From Lytechinus pictus (taxonomy: Eukaryota): a stretch of DNA of 64,000 nt. The notes below the pieces were generated by a model. It searched no databases, was not told the origin of the DNA, and saw nothing but the letters and a program-made list of their open reading frames with translations. The stretch spans positions 68,572,001 through 68,636,000 of the forward strand of contig NC_087246.1 of the NCBI RefSeq assembly GCF_037042905.1. Reading direction: 5' to 3'. This document shows, piece after piece, positions 48,961 through 62,361 of this stretch (position 1 is the stretch's first letter; each line of letters opens with the position of its first letter). The position numbers and the translations under genes were made by a program.

Positions 48961-51835
48961 GCTGTTGCTGTCACAAATGATGAAAAATCGGGTGACAATG
49001 TGACCTTCGTTGTAGATTGATTCGGAAAGGAAAATAGTCCTGTTAGCTTCCATCACATTTGAATCCTTCCCCACTCTCGGCCTCTCATTATTCTGTAAGG
49101 TGGAACATCGAGCTACTAGTAGCTCCATGGGTAGAAGGTGTAATTTTAGATCGGTCAAAGCACACGCGAACACAATGTATATGCGCTCCCGGCCAAATAC
49201 ACTTACTTTCTAGAGTAAGCCTGCACATGGGGCCTCCCAAACGCAATAGATATGAACTGCAACTAGAGAAAAATGTGTATTGAGGTTAAAATTATATGAA
49301 CATGGCTCCACAATATAGCTACTTTGACTTTACTCAAAAATTTTTACAAAACTTTCAGCCGAAAATAAGATCGCACAATGTTTTAATACTTTTTCAGCAC
49401 AGAGCGCACTTGGCGATCGGCATAGATTTTTAGAGATCGCGATAGCGAGAAAACATTTGACTTATTTACTTTCTTCTTCCAGCGATTTGAAGTCTGATAT
49501 CTTTAATTCATTTGATATTTATATAATCCGTTGATTTCGCGTGAAATGTGATGTTTTTATCGAATATCCTATATTTAATATTGTTTTTTAAATTTGTGTA
49601 ATGCGTACACCCCAATATGCCAATATATATAAAAGGTATATCAATATATATCCCGAGAATACTAATCGAAACAAAGTCCCTGTCTCCTTATCACCTGCAT
49701 GTGGTTTTAAGATGAAGTACCCTCATTTGATATGTGGGAGTGCTTAAGGCCCTCCATACATAATCAACATCTTACATGTTCTATATATATGATGAGAGTA
49801 TTGTCTACCATAGCGTTTCATGTGATATGGTGCAACATGCACACATAGCCCGAAAACAAACAATTATTCTATTGATAGCCGCGACCTTTTCTAAATGGCA
49901 AGACCTCTTCAGCGAAAAAAAAATGTCCCCCAGTCAGTTATTAGCGATTTTTTTCATACACACCCTTATAATTATTATGCTTGGATAATGTACCACCGTG
50001 GGTTATTATTTGATGGTGTATCACTTTTACGCTGTTTATAATTTTCAGTTCAATATTTTCTCCAAATACGCATTAGAGACTCTACGTTAGAGGGCACAGA
50101 CAATAATGAGCAACATATACAATAACTTACAGACCACACTGAGTGAAATATGAAGTAGGACAAAATAATGAGAGAAAATAGCGCACTGAATGTCATTTTG
50201 AAGATAAATATTACTTTGCATGATTTAACTTTATATTATTTTAAGATTTGAAATGAAGTTAGTTTCTTATGATGTTTCAGAAAAACTCAAAGACTCTTTT
50301 ATCTGAAATCATAATGGTTTATTTCATATATTATATTTTTTAAATTCTATTCAGAGCCTGAAATATTCCAGATGTTTAGCAATATATTTGTGATTCTGTG
50401 AATCGTATTGGATTCATTTAGAGGAAAAACCAAACTAGATCTTCTTGTTTATTGGACACTTGATCGCCAGTTCCTGTCCAGAACACCTCTTAAACAGGGA
50501 AACAATTGTCAACTTTGACCCCAGCCCCGAATCACTGCTTAGGAAGTTGAGTAGGTAAATAATAACTTTTTGGCAACAATCATTCAGATGTTTGTCTCCA
50601 AACTGTTTACCAATAGTCATGAGTGTGGGGATCACTTTACCGACTTCTTCTAATAATTTCCCCTTCCTGTTTTCATTGCCATGATTGCACGCCTTTACAT
50701 TGCCTCTTTACTTTTGCACAGAAATAATGTTCCCCATCATATGGGAGTGGCATGCGAGGGTATGGATGGCTCCAGACTGGAGCTCCAGTGAGCTTTCTGG
50801 TGTGGTAGCACGGCTGATTCCAAAATCCTTTCGTAGCAATCAATTTAGAAACTTTACCCACCCCCCCCCCCCCATAAAAAATCACATGTTCCTCTCCGAC
50901 GACTCATAAAATCCAATAAAATCCTCACGGCCTTCACCCCAAAGCTCCTATGTTTATCAAGCTAAAGTCATTATGTCAAAGCATACATCGTGTATTCATA
51001 ACGGCAGGTGAAACTCAAGGAAATCAGTGTCTATTGGAAGCCTTGTCCTCCTCTACCTCGCTTTCAACGACCGTGATGGTAAGTTATTTCGAGTTCATTG
51101 AACACGAATGGAGGTGACACGATGCTGGCAATGAAGGAGACAACGTCAGTTTCCTCATTTGCGTGTTGATTGACAAGCCCTTAAAGTTACAGTTTAACAA
51201 ACATATGGCGATAAACTGGTAACATCCTGAAGATTGTGACAGATACGCAGTAGCCAATGAAAACAGAAAGGTGTTAGATTGTTCACAACCATAATGATGC
51301 AGAAAGAACATATAAGACACGTAGAACAAAAATATTTTCATGTCCTGATCGTGACAAAAAATATTTTTCACGTTAATATCTTTATTTCGCTCGATCGCTC
51401 CGCTTTTTGTATTTAGCTTTCGTGTATGTAGATGTTCTACCCCCTCTGAATGTAAGATCATCCCATGGAGAAAGACAGAGAAAGCATTCAGATTTCCCAA
51501 AAAAGGCAATTTAAGGTGAAAATTGCATTTTAAAAGAATTTTGTGACTTTGGGCTGCTTTTGGAATAAAAATAATTTCCTCACTATTGCCACAGCCCCTG
51601 ATAAATAAAGTGGTCGAGTAGTTCATAGCCTTTTTATCACAAATACAGTTCTATTTTTTTTTTTACAAGGGCATAAATCGTCTGGATGTTGTGGTAGTGT
51701 GTTAATGTACCATCTTAATTAGATATGAATACATTATATTCAATAATAATAATAATACTCTTGAACATCAGAATACCCATACCCATCTTACTTTAATCAT
51801 GTAGATATCAAAGAGGTATTATTGAAATATTATTA

Positions 51836-52205
51836 TTCAAGATTATGTTGTTAACTTTCCACTGTGTCCATGGCTCTTCTCCCCAGTACCTCATTTCACT
51901 GATCAAAAGTTATACCCCTTCAAGATCCTTACGTTCCTCCTTTTCCAATTATCTTGTTACCCCCAAAGTTTCCAAACCTGGGGTGAAAGATCATTTGTTT
52001 ACTCATCCTCTAAGTTATTGAATAGCTTCCCTGAAAACATCAAACAGTGCTTGACCTCTGAAACTTTCAGACATTACCTCAAAACATTTATCTTCAATTC
52101 TTCTTAATTTCTTTTATAATTTCCTAAAAAGCGCCTTGAGCACTCTACAGAGTGGATTTGGCGCGATATAAGTCTAATTATTATTATTATTATAATTATT
52201 ATTAT
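51836..52205 (+). mobile_element. L2 LINE 3' end
   Basis: FKIMLLTFHCVHGSSPQYLISLIKSYTPSRSLRSS...WGERSFVYSSSKLLNSFPENIKQCLTSETFRHYLKTFIF* (one frameshift), then the L2-type tail aagcgccttgagcactc...gagtggatttggcgcgatataagtct and (att)n. Confidence 0.9.
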
Positions 52206-52809
52206 GTATACTTTTAGCTAATAATTTTGTAGGGGGTGTAATACATAGCAATTACATTTTTTTACAATCACTTGTAACTTTTGAACACAGTTTGATTTCC
52301 AAAGATTTCAACTTACGCTTGATTATTTTTTGTATCTTTTATTAGATTAGGGCAACAATTTTCGTCGGCAAGAAAAGGTATATTCACATAAACTCTTAAG
52401 TTGTAACTTAGTTTTAAATTTTTCTACATGCCAAATTAGATTTAAGCAATAAAACTATCACCGACTATAAATAATGCAACACTTTGAACTGGCCATAGCT
52501 GACAAGTCAACTTGACATACACTTCTTAATATTAAGCCCTTGCAACTCACTCAAGAGCCAGACAAACTCGGTTATAGGTCAACTCGCATTAGTAAGTACT
52601 GTAGTATATAATCTTGAAAAGGGCAATGAAATATGAATATACTACGCTCTCCAAGTACAGGGCTATATAGGTGGATAGAGAACTTATTGAAGGGCATTAA
52701 CGAAATGAACTGAGGTTCAAAAAAGTGTCACCGGTGTAGAATGCTCCTCTGTTTAAGGTAAAGATTATTCGATAAGAATATTCAAGTTAGAATACGCTTA
52801 TAAGCTTAA

Positions 52810-53374
52810 AGAGGAATCCAGCCTTGGTCTTAAAATGTTTTGTTGGAAAGCAGGAAAATTAATAAAACAGAATGATGAAAGTTTGAAAGCAATCAGACAA
52901 GCAATAAGAAAGTTATGGCTGCTTTAAAATTAAGATCCCCAAGACTATGTAGATTTTAAATTGGCAACTGGGTAATTAAACTACGACAAGGGGCAAGCAC
53001 GAATTTCTCATAGACCCTGTACTTAATTATCAGGGATTTTTGGTTTTTGCAAACGTTACCATTCTCCTGGGGCAGTAATCCTAAAATATTATAACCCAGG
53101 TACTATTTTGTTTTATGTCCTCAAGAAAGAAAAATGTAATTTGAAATAGAACTTATGGAAAATGATATTTTAGCCATTTTAAGTATTGGAATACATAACA
53201 CATATGCGGCCTATTTGAAGTCTTCATGGGTATAGTGATTGCCAATTTTTACAACTTTTACAAATTTCATGACTTTCTTATCGTTTGTCTGATATTGCTC
53301 AAACTTTCGCCTGTCAACTTGTCCGATTATTCCTTTTAATCTAAAGAATGTTTTATTTGGATTGGATTCCCCCT
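52810..53374. mobile_element. Kolobok-like non-autonomous element
   Basis: TTAA|agaggaatcca ... tggattccccct|TTAA; subterminal gaaagtttga...aatcagacaa.c.ataagaaagt inverted at both ends. Confidence 0.75.
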
Positions 53375-56300
53375 TTAAGGTTAGAGTTTATGCAAAAGCA
53401 GTAAATGCTCATGAACTGATGAATGTGTTTTATTGGGGAGGGGTGGATCTAGAGTTCTTTATAAAAAAAGTAGACATGTTAAGATGAAATGATAACAGTT
53501 GGGTTTAGTGAAAACATGCTTATTCATCTTGGTAGAAATAAGGACGAAAGCCGATAGATGAAGTGAATGTTTATTTGATGGAGATTGAATAATTTGTGAT
53601 CCTGTTTCCACGACTCTCCATAAAATCGCCTCTGGTATTAGTCGATGTTAACTCTTCAATATATGACGGATCACTCTTGCCAGCCTGGACTCTCGGGAAC
53701 ACCCTTAAAGCATTGCCTATCATTTAAAGTAAAATGGGGAGATCACGGGGATACTTATCCGTGGAAGGACTGTGTACAAATGGGACGCTTTTCATATCCA
53801 GCAAGTTAAAGAAATTAGATTAGAAATTCAGAAAGTGCTTTTTGTTTATATTTTGTGATTTTTTTTTCCTTGATTCTTGACCAGGATTTATCAGCGCTGT
53901 TGTTTTTCTTTATGTTGTGTTTTATGATGCAATGGAATACTTATTTTAAATGTGTCTAACTATATGCTCTTTTCAGTGTTTGATAATAGTGACAAATTGA
54001 ATTAAAACTTAGTCACAAATCTTCTCTAATGAATATGAAATTGATGGTGTAGACTAATTTGAGTGAATACGAGTTCTCAATTTAATATCCATAAATTTTA
54101 CAAGGAATTTCAACAAAATCTAACTCTTCATGTGTAGTGTTCACATTAGCCTGTTTATTACCTTTAAGGAAAACCGCGAACAGCGTGCTTTCGATTTCCC
54201 AATTCCATGCATCCCATTGATGCATTGTAGCCATGGCAACCAAAATCGTTGCGGAAATTCACAAATACCCCCCTTTTCTCGGCAAATGCAACGGTTGTAT
54301 TTATGTTTAGATAAACAGAAACAACATTTCAAAATGATTATTGTTTGTATAATGATGTGCAATGATATTGACCTACCCCCCCCCCATCCCTTTCCTTCTC
54401 AGTCGGCTATGACATCATGCTTGGATGCAGGGTAATGGATTCTCAGGGATACGGATAGAGTCAGAATATATTCATCGCTCGGGCAATCATCATGAAACAA
54501 GTTGTCTCTATATACTTATTTTCATGTTTCCCCTTTTCCTTTTTACTATTTTTAAACCTTTTTTTCTATCAGGTCCTCAATTTCTAATCCGACTGAACAT
54601 CGAAGAAAATAAAGTAGAATATTGAAAGGCTTATAGTAACGTTGGAATTTTATTTATGTATCCCTTTGTCTACGATAAGTAATCGGAAAATGTATTTACC
54701 ATTGTGTGTTTTATCTCACACTAATCCTCTTTCATTCGAATAATATCATCGGGATCGGCTTCTTAATTTTGTTTGGAAATAAAAGTTTTAAAACATAATG
54801 ACTCATATGAAATTATCTTGTTGTTTTTTAATATTCTTTCTTCGTTTAATTTTTGATAGATTATTTTCCAAAGACCCTTGATTTTCCGCTATATTAATGA
54901 AATAGATCTATTTGGGATTATTTTCTCTTCCAAATTGACGAGACCCCATAGTGCCACTGGTCATGCAGGAGATTTGCTCAATAAAGCCCTTAGAATCTAG
55001 ACCTTATAGCGGTGTAGTATTATACGGTCACCATTATCAACTCCTAATGGATCATAGCTTAATTAAAATAAGTGCTACTGTCGATCTCTATAATTATCTT
55101 TTCGATTCTACTCCGCTAATGCTCTAGCTCATTATGATATAATGAACGCAGCTATTTTTAGTCTTTTATTTATGATAAGATATAAAACATGTTAACCGTG
55201 CTAACTGTAGAACATGACTTTGTTATGTAAGTCTTTTGTTTACTTATTGTGCAACATTATTAGAGAATACAGTTCAACATTTCATGTTTCCCTTTTTAAT
55301 AGAAATAAAGCGAAGTTTTCGTGGACAGTTTTCGATCTTTATTAAATAAATAAATAAATAACTTAAGTTGAAATCTACGAATCGAGGAAGCTCTTTGTAA
55401 TTCATGCTCCTGTTCATTTGAAGAAATTAATTGACCTTCGAAATATTTTTAAAAGAAATGTTTCATCATACTTTATGAAGCTATGTGTCTTCTTCTACCA
55501 TATTCATGATATTTATGCTTGGGGGGGGGGGAATCATCAGGTATTGATTTGCATTTGCTGAATGAAACTTGTAGAGTGATTACCTAAAATCAAACTAAGA
55601 ATTTACAATGAATATTGATGAAGACTCATCCAATAAGGTAGCTATAATAGTTCTAATGACCATCTTTCATCCCCTTCCCCTAAACATTGAATACATTCCA
55701 TATTTCCAAAGTTATTTACTTCAGTGTTGTCTGTACATTCTGTAAAGCCTTTTTTTTAATGCTAGTATATTCTTTGGATAAAGACATCGTTCTTCATCAT
55801 TACATCTTGATTATGTTTGCAGATTACTTCCCTTTTAGAAATAAAGAGATATACACCCCAAGGCTTTGGCATACATTAACCGTACATGAGGTATAATGGA
55901 TAGGTGTTAGTGTTGTACCAGGATGGTCCTCATTCGCCATCATGGCTATGGGAATAATATTATATGACCTGCGTGCAGGCAAGCATGCCTCGATAAATGG
56001 AGATAAAATTTTGCCCATCAGCGTGCAAGGTCGAAAGATGACTAAGTACTAAGAGAGAATCGGACCAAAATCATTTTCTTAAGATATGAATTATAGTGTT
56101 CAGCGAAAGCTAATTAAATGCGTTATTTTTCTGATATTGATTATCATTCATGAAGTAGATCGGCTTGATTATTCAAAGGTTGTTTATGCACACATGCTAT
56201 ACTTAGAACGTGAACCACCAGTTGATGGTCGAACTTATTTTCTTACACAATTTTTATACTAATGAAATTAAATTGTATCGCCAAGATAATCAACAAACTT

Positions 56301-58539
56301 TGACGGTCTTTAATGGAACATGCATTGCTTCCTAGTTAGAATAGAGGAGACTTGTTCAGCGACAATTTCGTGACTTAAGTATTTGCCATTTTAAGGGATG
56401 TTAAATCTTGTAGTATGTGTAAGCTTAGCATATTATTATCCTCAATACAATGATCAATTTATACTCTATCAAGTTGTGCGAAATCAATTTGAGTCCACGA
56501 AATGCACACTTCAATTTCATTCAAGAGTGAATTGTAAAAAAATCATAAACGACCACAGTAAGTACAATATCAAAGTTTAGGTATAATGCATCTAGGAATT
56601 AAAATAATACAATGATAAGGTTTTGTCATCGTATACACAGAAATCAGCAATCGTGACCCGACTACCATGCAAACTGTATAAAGCATTGTAATTTATGGAA
56701 AGCGATGTATTTCGATACTTAACCAACGTCGTTTGAAACCACTCTATAATACTTAATGTCATGAGGATGTCAGTCAATGTTTAATGACGGAATCGAACTA
56801 ATTAAGGGTTACCATTTATTGGATTTGATAAGAGAAAGCGACGGATGGGCTTAAGTTGGTTAAAAACCAGCCAGCAGTGCATATACAGTATAGAGAATGA
56901 TTGCAAGACGAGTGAGATTAAATATTACTGAGTTTAATCTGCAGACCGACGAAAGATGAATGATGTGATATATGGCTTATATGAGGAGAAAGGGAACACT
57001 GAAAATCGGGTGAGATGGAAAAAGAGATAGGGAGAGAGGGAAAGAGAGGGGGTGGGGAAAAGGGGAGGAAGGTGGATAGAAATAGACAGAGAGAGACAGA
57101 TAGACATTATATAGCTGATGAGGATGAGAGGAGTGAGAATACGAGTGAACGAGAGAGCGGGAGGGCGACTGAGAGGGATGGGTTGGAAAGAAAATGGAGG
57201 AAATTCTGTTTTTGTGGTCATATGAAAATGTTAAAAATGGCAGACTGTCGAACAGAAATGTGGGGCACTTGAGTGAAAGGCGTGAATTTTATCAAAACCT
57301 AACTTTTTATTTGTAAATTCAAGATTTATCAACATCACTGCATCGATCATTATGTTCTAAGTGTGCACACGGAAGCAGCTCGTCATTTTTATTCAGAATG
57401 CATCCCTTGTCAACATCAAAATTCTCTTTTGATATCTCTCACCGGAATAGTAATTTTGCGCTATCCCATTATACTTCTTAATCACGTGATTGTACAGTAT
57501 TTCGAACACCCATGTCGAAGCACACCTTCGCCAGAAAATAAAGATTAAAATGCAATGCCGCTGTCATGAAATACTCCAAATAAATTTTATACGTCATTGT
57601 TTTGTAACCAAACTCGCCATTCGATGCCTCATTTTACAATAACGCAAACATTTTTTTGTTTGCCTTGGGTAGAAACGAACTTCCATATTTGAGTAGAATA
57701 CGAGGCATGAATGCTTGATGTTTCTTTGTCAATCCCCATATATTTAGATCGATAAAATCAAGAGGGAAAACTCGAACATAAGAAGAATTGTAAATTGTTA
57801 GTCTGTGTTTCGTGAGGTCTTCGATATTTGAAGTGACATTTATTGCACGTCTGATCGTATTCTCGTTGAGAATGTGATGTTTAATGTTATAAATATAGTG
57901 ACAGCAAGAGCTGTAATAGTGACATAAATTGATCGGTCATACTTAATTTGAGTTTTAAAGGAATCAAAGTGATTAGTATCTATGCAATACATTGCCCACG
58001 CTTTGGGAAATATCATGATGGTAGGGATGTATAGTGTCGAAGTCCGTGAATTACGATAATGAAATAGTCATAATGGATTGCAATCAAGGCGAAAGGTTTT
58101 AAACGCCAATGAAACAGACAATATTCTCGAATTATTTGACTGCTACCCGAGTCGAAAACTGTATTTAAGATTAGTTGTGAGCGGAAATGTAAATTATCAA
58201 ATCAAAAGATACACTAGCGACTAAAACAGGTGCCAATCCATAAAGGAGGAGCACAGACATAATACGATAATCAATATTATTTTTGAAAACACTGTTCATG
58301 GTTAGGAGAGTATTTATAAAAAATTCGGATCAATTTTGCACATTCTCGTATTTTTCACATCTCGTCGCTCTGTTACATTATATCCCCTTATTAGTTATTC
58401 GACTCGTACTCCACCAGCATCTAATAGTATCGATTAATGTGAAAAGAATGTGAAAGTAGAAATATAAAAAGTATTAAGAGTTTTTAAAGATAATCATCAT
58501 TATTAGTTATTCAATGCGAACCCACATGCATTTGATATT

Positions 58540-59200
58540 AGGCGGCATATTACACACTACTTATCTTTGTTAGATATGAACTCCCTCAAGGCATGTTCAC
58601 TAAAGAAAGACATGGATGGAAAATATATCCAGTGTATCGTAGTGATGAGTATAGCTGTGAAATTCGATTTTGAAAATAAATCTAACCCGAGTAAAAAATA
58701 TTTGCCCCTTTAATAAAGTTATTCCAGGTAAATGTTAGATCCATGACACTATGATATAGTGAACAGAAGAAAATTCCAGGTTAACTATTCTCTCAAAATG
58801 ATGTTTGTGTCAACTTTATCCCGACGCTACTATTCGATCGCACCAACGAAACTGACTCTATACCGAAAGCTTTTATAATTATCATTGTAAGTATTGATAC
58901 TGCTTTGGTATGTCTGAGTGCACTGCAAAAACTCCGGTGTTTCTATATGTTCACACCAGAGAAGTGTGAAACAACACCAGTTTCGTTTTGGTTTAACACC
59001 AGAAAGGTGTTTATACAACACCGATTAGTATCAAAACAGCATCGGTTTGATTTCAAACTGGTGTTGTTTCAATACTTCTCTGGTGTGGACATATATAGAG
59101 TCCGGGCTGGTGTTAAATCAACACCGGAGTTTTTGCAGTGTGGGGTTTATCAGTGTGACTGGGGCATATAAGGCATCATCTTCGATCGTTCGTCTACTTC
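58540..59200 (+). mobile_element. Highly decayed CR1/L2-clade RT fragment interrupted by a MITE
   Basis: QGMFTKE..KIYPVYRSDE, KSNPS, SIDTALVCLS and GIIFD occur in the same order as RT motifs in the 37.2-kb LINE. Confidence 0.45.
58921..59140. mobile_element. CACTG MITE (CMC/EnSpm-like), TSD TG
   Basis: Perfect 21-bp TIR tg|cactgcaaaaactccggtgtt ... aacaccggagtttttgcagtg|tg. Confidence 0.9.
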
Positions 59201-60507
59201 TTAACATAACCACACATAATATCCTCCCGAGCATTCATTCCCAAGCGAACATCTCCGTTTGCCGACAAACGGAGTATAGACTTAATTCTTGAGACGCGAA
59301 TGAGGAAATCGCACATGCTAGCTCGGCTAGGGAATTACTTTTCTATTTACCCCCATCTACTGTATGCCACCATATAACTTAGTCGTCAACGACTGTAGTC
59401 ACTGTAATAATACCCACCTATATGACGTTGATATATATATCAAAAGTATGCTGACAAGGAATTTTAGATGAGTGTGAGAGAGAATAGAGTATATACTGTT
59501 TTTTTTTTTCAAGTTACCGCGATGAGATGATTATCATATAGCGAATTACACAAACACATTTAGTTGATGAAGGTTCATCCATGATGGATTGGATTGTAAA
59601 ATAAAAAGGGTTGAAGAGTTCAAGCTGTGGGCGTATCGAATAAATCTTTAATTTCAATGCCTAGGATCACATCTCATGTACAGTAGCTTGAACAATAACA
59701 ATGACAGGAATCTGATCATCACAATATAATATTCATGAATCAGTCAGTATTAAAAATGATTGGATGTTAATTAATGTTTTAGGGGTTTTCACTAATTCAT
59801 GTATTTGGTCTGTGCTAGTGAGATATAGCAAGATGTCAAGCGTAATTAGACATCAGAACTGTTGAAAATTGTTCACTTTTCATGTTGAAGAAGTTTTTGT
59901 GAAACCATGCAAACGGTTGTTTAAAAAAAAATTATTCAAATGGTTGGGGAGCTTCTCGTTTGAACCAAACGTCATTGCTCTTTGTGAGTCCATAGTATTT
60001 CCATTTCATACTTTACATTCTAATTATACGACATTTCAATGTAATATAACCAGAACTACTTTATGTTTATCGTGATCATTTATAATGTATATCGCTCTTT
60101 TCTGATGTCTGAGTTGATAGGGGTTGAGAGATGGCATTGGTGGTGGGAGAATGAAATTTTATCATCAAGCGATCCATTCGGTGAGTTCTGAAAGAAGATA
60201 CAAACTGGTGAAGACAAAGGACAATATTGACACGAAGACATGTTCAAACACTCACAACACGCGGTACTTTCTCTACCTCTCTGAAAGGAATATTCGAATA
60301 TGGCGGCGTCTTTGTCCCCTGCGGACCTCGTTAAGTTACTTGGACTCGTAAAACAATGTAAATTTACCTGTTAAGAAGGATTACACATCATATTATCATG
60401 AGATGGAGACTGAGGGGGCAATGAAAAGGATCAATCAGCCCGATTCATTGGAAGGAAAGCAGAGAGATGGAGAAAGGAGTGTGTAGCCTGGTAGCGGGTA
60501 ATTGGGG

Positions 60508-60563
60508 ATAGAGAGGGAGAGAGAGACAGACAGACTGACAGAGAGACAGACAGACAGACAGAC

Positions 60564-60598
<35 letters not shown>
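60508..60598. repeat. (GACA)n/(GA)n compound microsatellite
   Basis: Direct inspection. Confidence 0.95.
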
Positions 60599-60603
<5 letters not shown>

Positions 60604-62134
60604 TAGAAGACATGGACAAGGAGGGTGCTCTGAGGGGAAAGAAAGATGGGAAACATTGACTTTCTTTAGAGACTTAGAATAAGATTATGAGAAAAAGAGA
60701 TCAATAGAGGTAATTTTGTTAATACGCAAGGTACGTAATCTTTGTAAATCATAATGCTATCAAATCAATCTGGGAATAAATATGAGGTACAAGTTGGGTT
60801 CATAGTTTAAAGTGAAAGAAAAACAAGACACACTGGCCTGTTTATTTTACCTCATCGTTAAAATTTCAGGCAGTTCCTTCTGCGCATATTGACTTTTTGA
60901 ACTCTATTGATATTATATATATTCTCGAAACGACAGAAAGTGGTAGGTGACAACAAGATGATGATTTTTTTTCTGGAATAAGCCTGTCCATGTCACAGTA
61001 CGTCCGATGATGAATAATACAATTAAAACGAGAAATAAGAAGTGTTAGGAATGACAGCCAGATTGTCTCTTATAATTGGCTGAGAGAGGGCGGGCGTAAG
61101 GTCGTATCGGCAGGTGGGAGAGTGTTGCATTCGACACCATTGATCACAATGTTTCATCACCGTGTGGGGGGAGGGGTCGTAGGGAGGAGGGGGTCTTGAC
61201 AGGGTTAACGGATGGATAGATCGAAGGAAAAAGTGATTCGATAGAGATACAAAAAAAAAATCAATGTTTTTATAAAGAGTAAGTGTTTGAGTTTGCCCCT
61301 TGTTGAGATCTTTCTGAGAGTTTTCACTGCTTGCCCAATTATTGCCTTTTCGTGCTTTATCATTCTCCTACCTTTTCTTTCCCAGATCATTTCCACACCA
61401 CCTTGCTTTCTCCCTCTCTATCCTTCCCCCTTTATTCCACCTCTCTCCCCTCCTTTCTTTCTCTTTCTCCTTCCCTCCCCCCTCCCCCCCCCCCCTCTCT
61501 CTCTCTCTCTCCCTCTCTCTCATTTCACTACCGATAGATTGAGTCTGAAGATAAGTGACATACTAGATTATCCTTTATCATTGTCAAGCAGGAGGCTTTA
61601 TTTGCAAAAAGAATTATAAGTAAACACGTGACATGATTTATTGCATTATAACGGTATATCAATTATGAACTCCATAACCGTAGAATGAGATCAATCTAAA
61701 TTATACTCTTAAAGCTTAAAATCATCATCACTCCCCTACTATCGTCTCTCTCTCTCTATACATATTTATTTTTTTTATCTTACCCCTTCATATTTAATGT
61801 ATATATTTCGAAAATCCCATCACATCAATACAATATTCTAAAGTCAACAAATGAGCGAGCGCCAAGCCTAGATATGACAGTATATGTGATACCAGCATTG
61901 TTACCATGACAACAAAGTACTTATATATACGATCGTGATTTGTTGCCTTGGTAATAAATCTGAGCGACTTGGCGTAGACTACGTCATTGTTGGAGTTGCA
62001 CAGGTTTTGTATTAGCACTTAAGCTAATTTGATGCATCGTTAAGCTGTTTTGCTACTATTGGAAAGAAATTTGGGCACTGGATGAGGTGCGTTTAAGGAA
62101 ATTAAACTAACTTGTAAAATACTTCGAATGTATA

Positions 62135-62361
62135 CACACTTAAAATGTTGGGCAACATACTGTCCACTGTGTTCTGTAATGAATGTTGGTAAAAAAATAT
62201 ATATATATTCTGGGCAATTATTATCCAATTGAGCAAATTCATTACCCAATTTTAGTTTTTATTACCCAATTTGGGAAGATTTTAATTAATAGTTGTGTGG
62301 ACAGTATGTTGCCCAGGGTTAGTTAAAGTTGGACATTTTTTGCCCAACTATTTTAAGAGTG
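62135..62361. mobile_element. CAC...GTG MITE family cacacttaaaatgttgggcaac, copy 3 (complete, TSD TA)
   Basis: ta|cacacttaaaatgttgggcaa ... ttgcccaactattttaagagtg|ta. Confidence 0.88.

Noticed and set aside
51008-51084. Exon-like segment with perfect donor ATG|GTAAGT and a DRDGK peptide
   Set aside because: The phase-0 frame needed after exon 2 hits a stop. The open frame (ETQGNQCLLEALSSST...) is not calbindin-like, and DRDGK spans the donor.
51084-51626. Longest ORF in the window (180 aa, minus strand)
   Set aside because: No recognisable domain or splice context; composition is typical of random AT-rich sequence.
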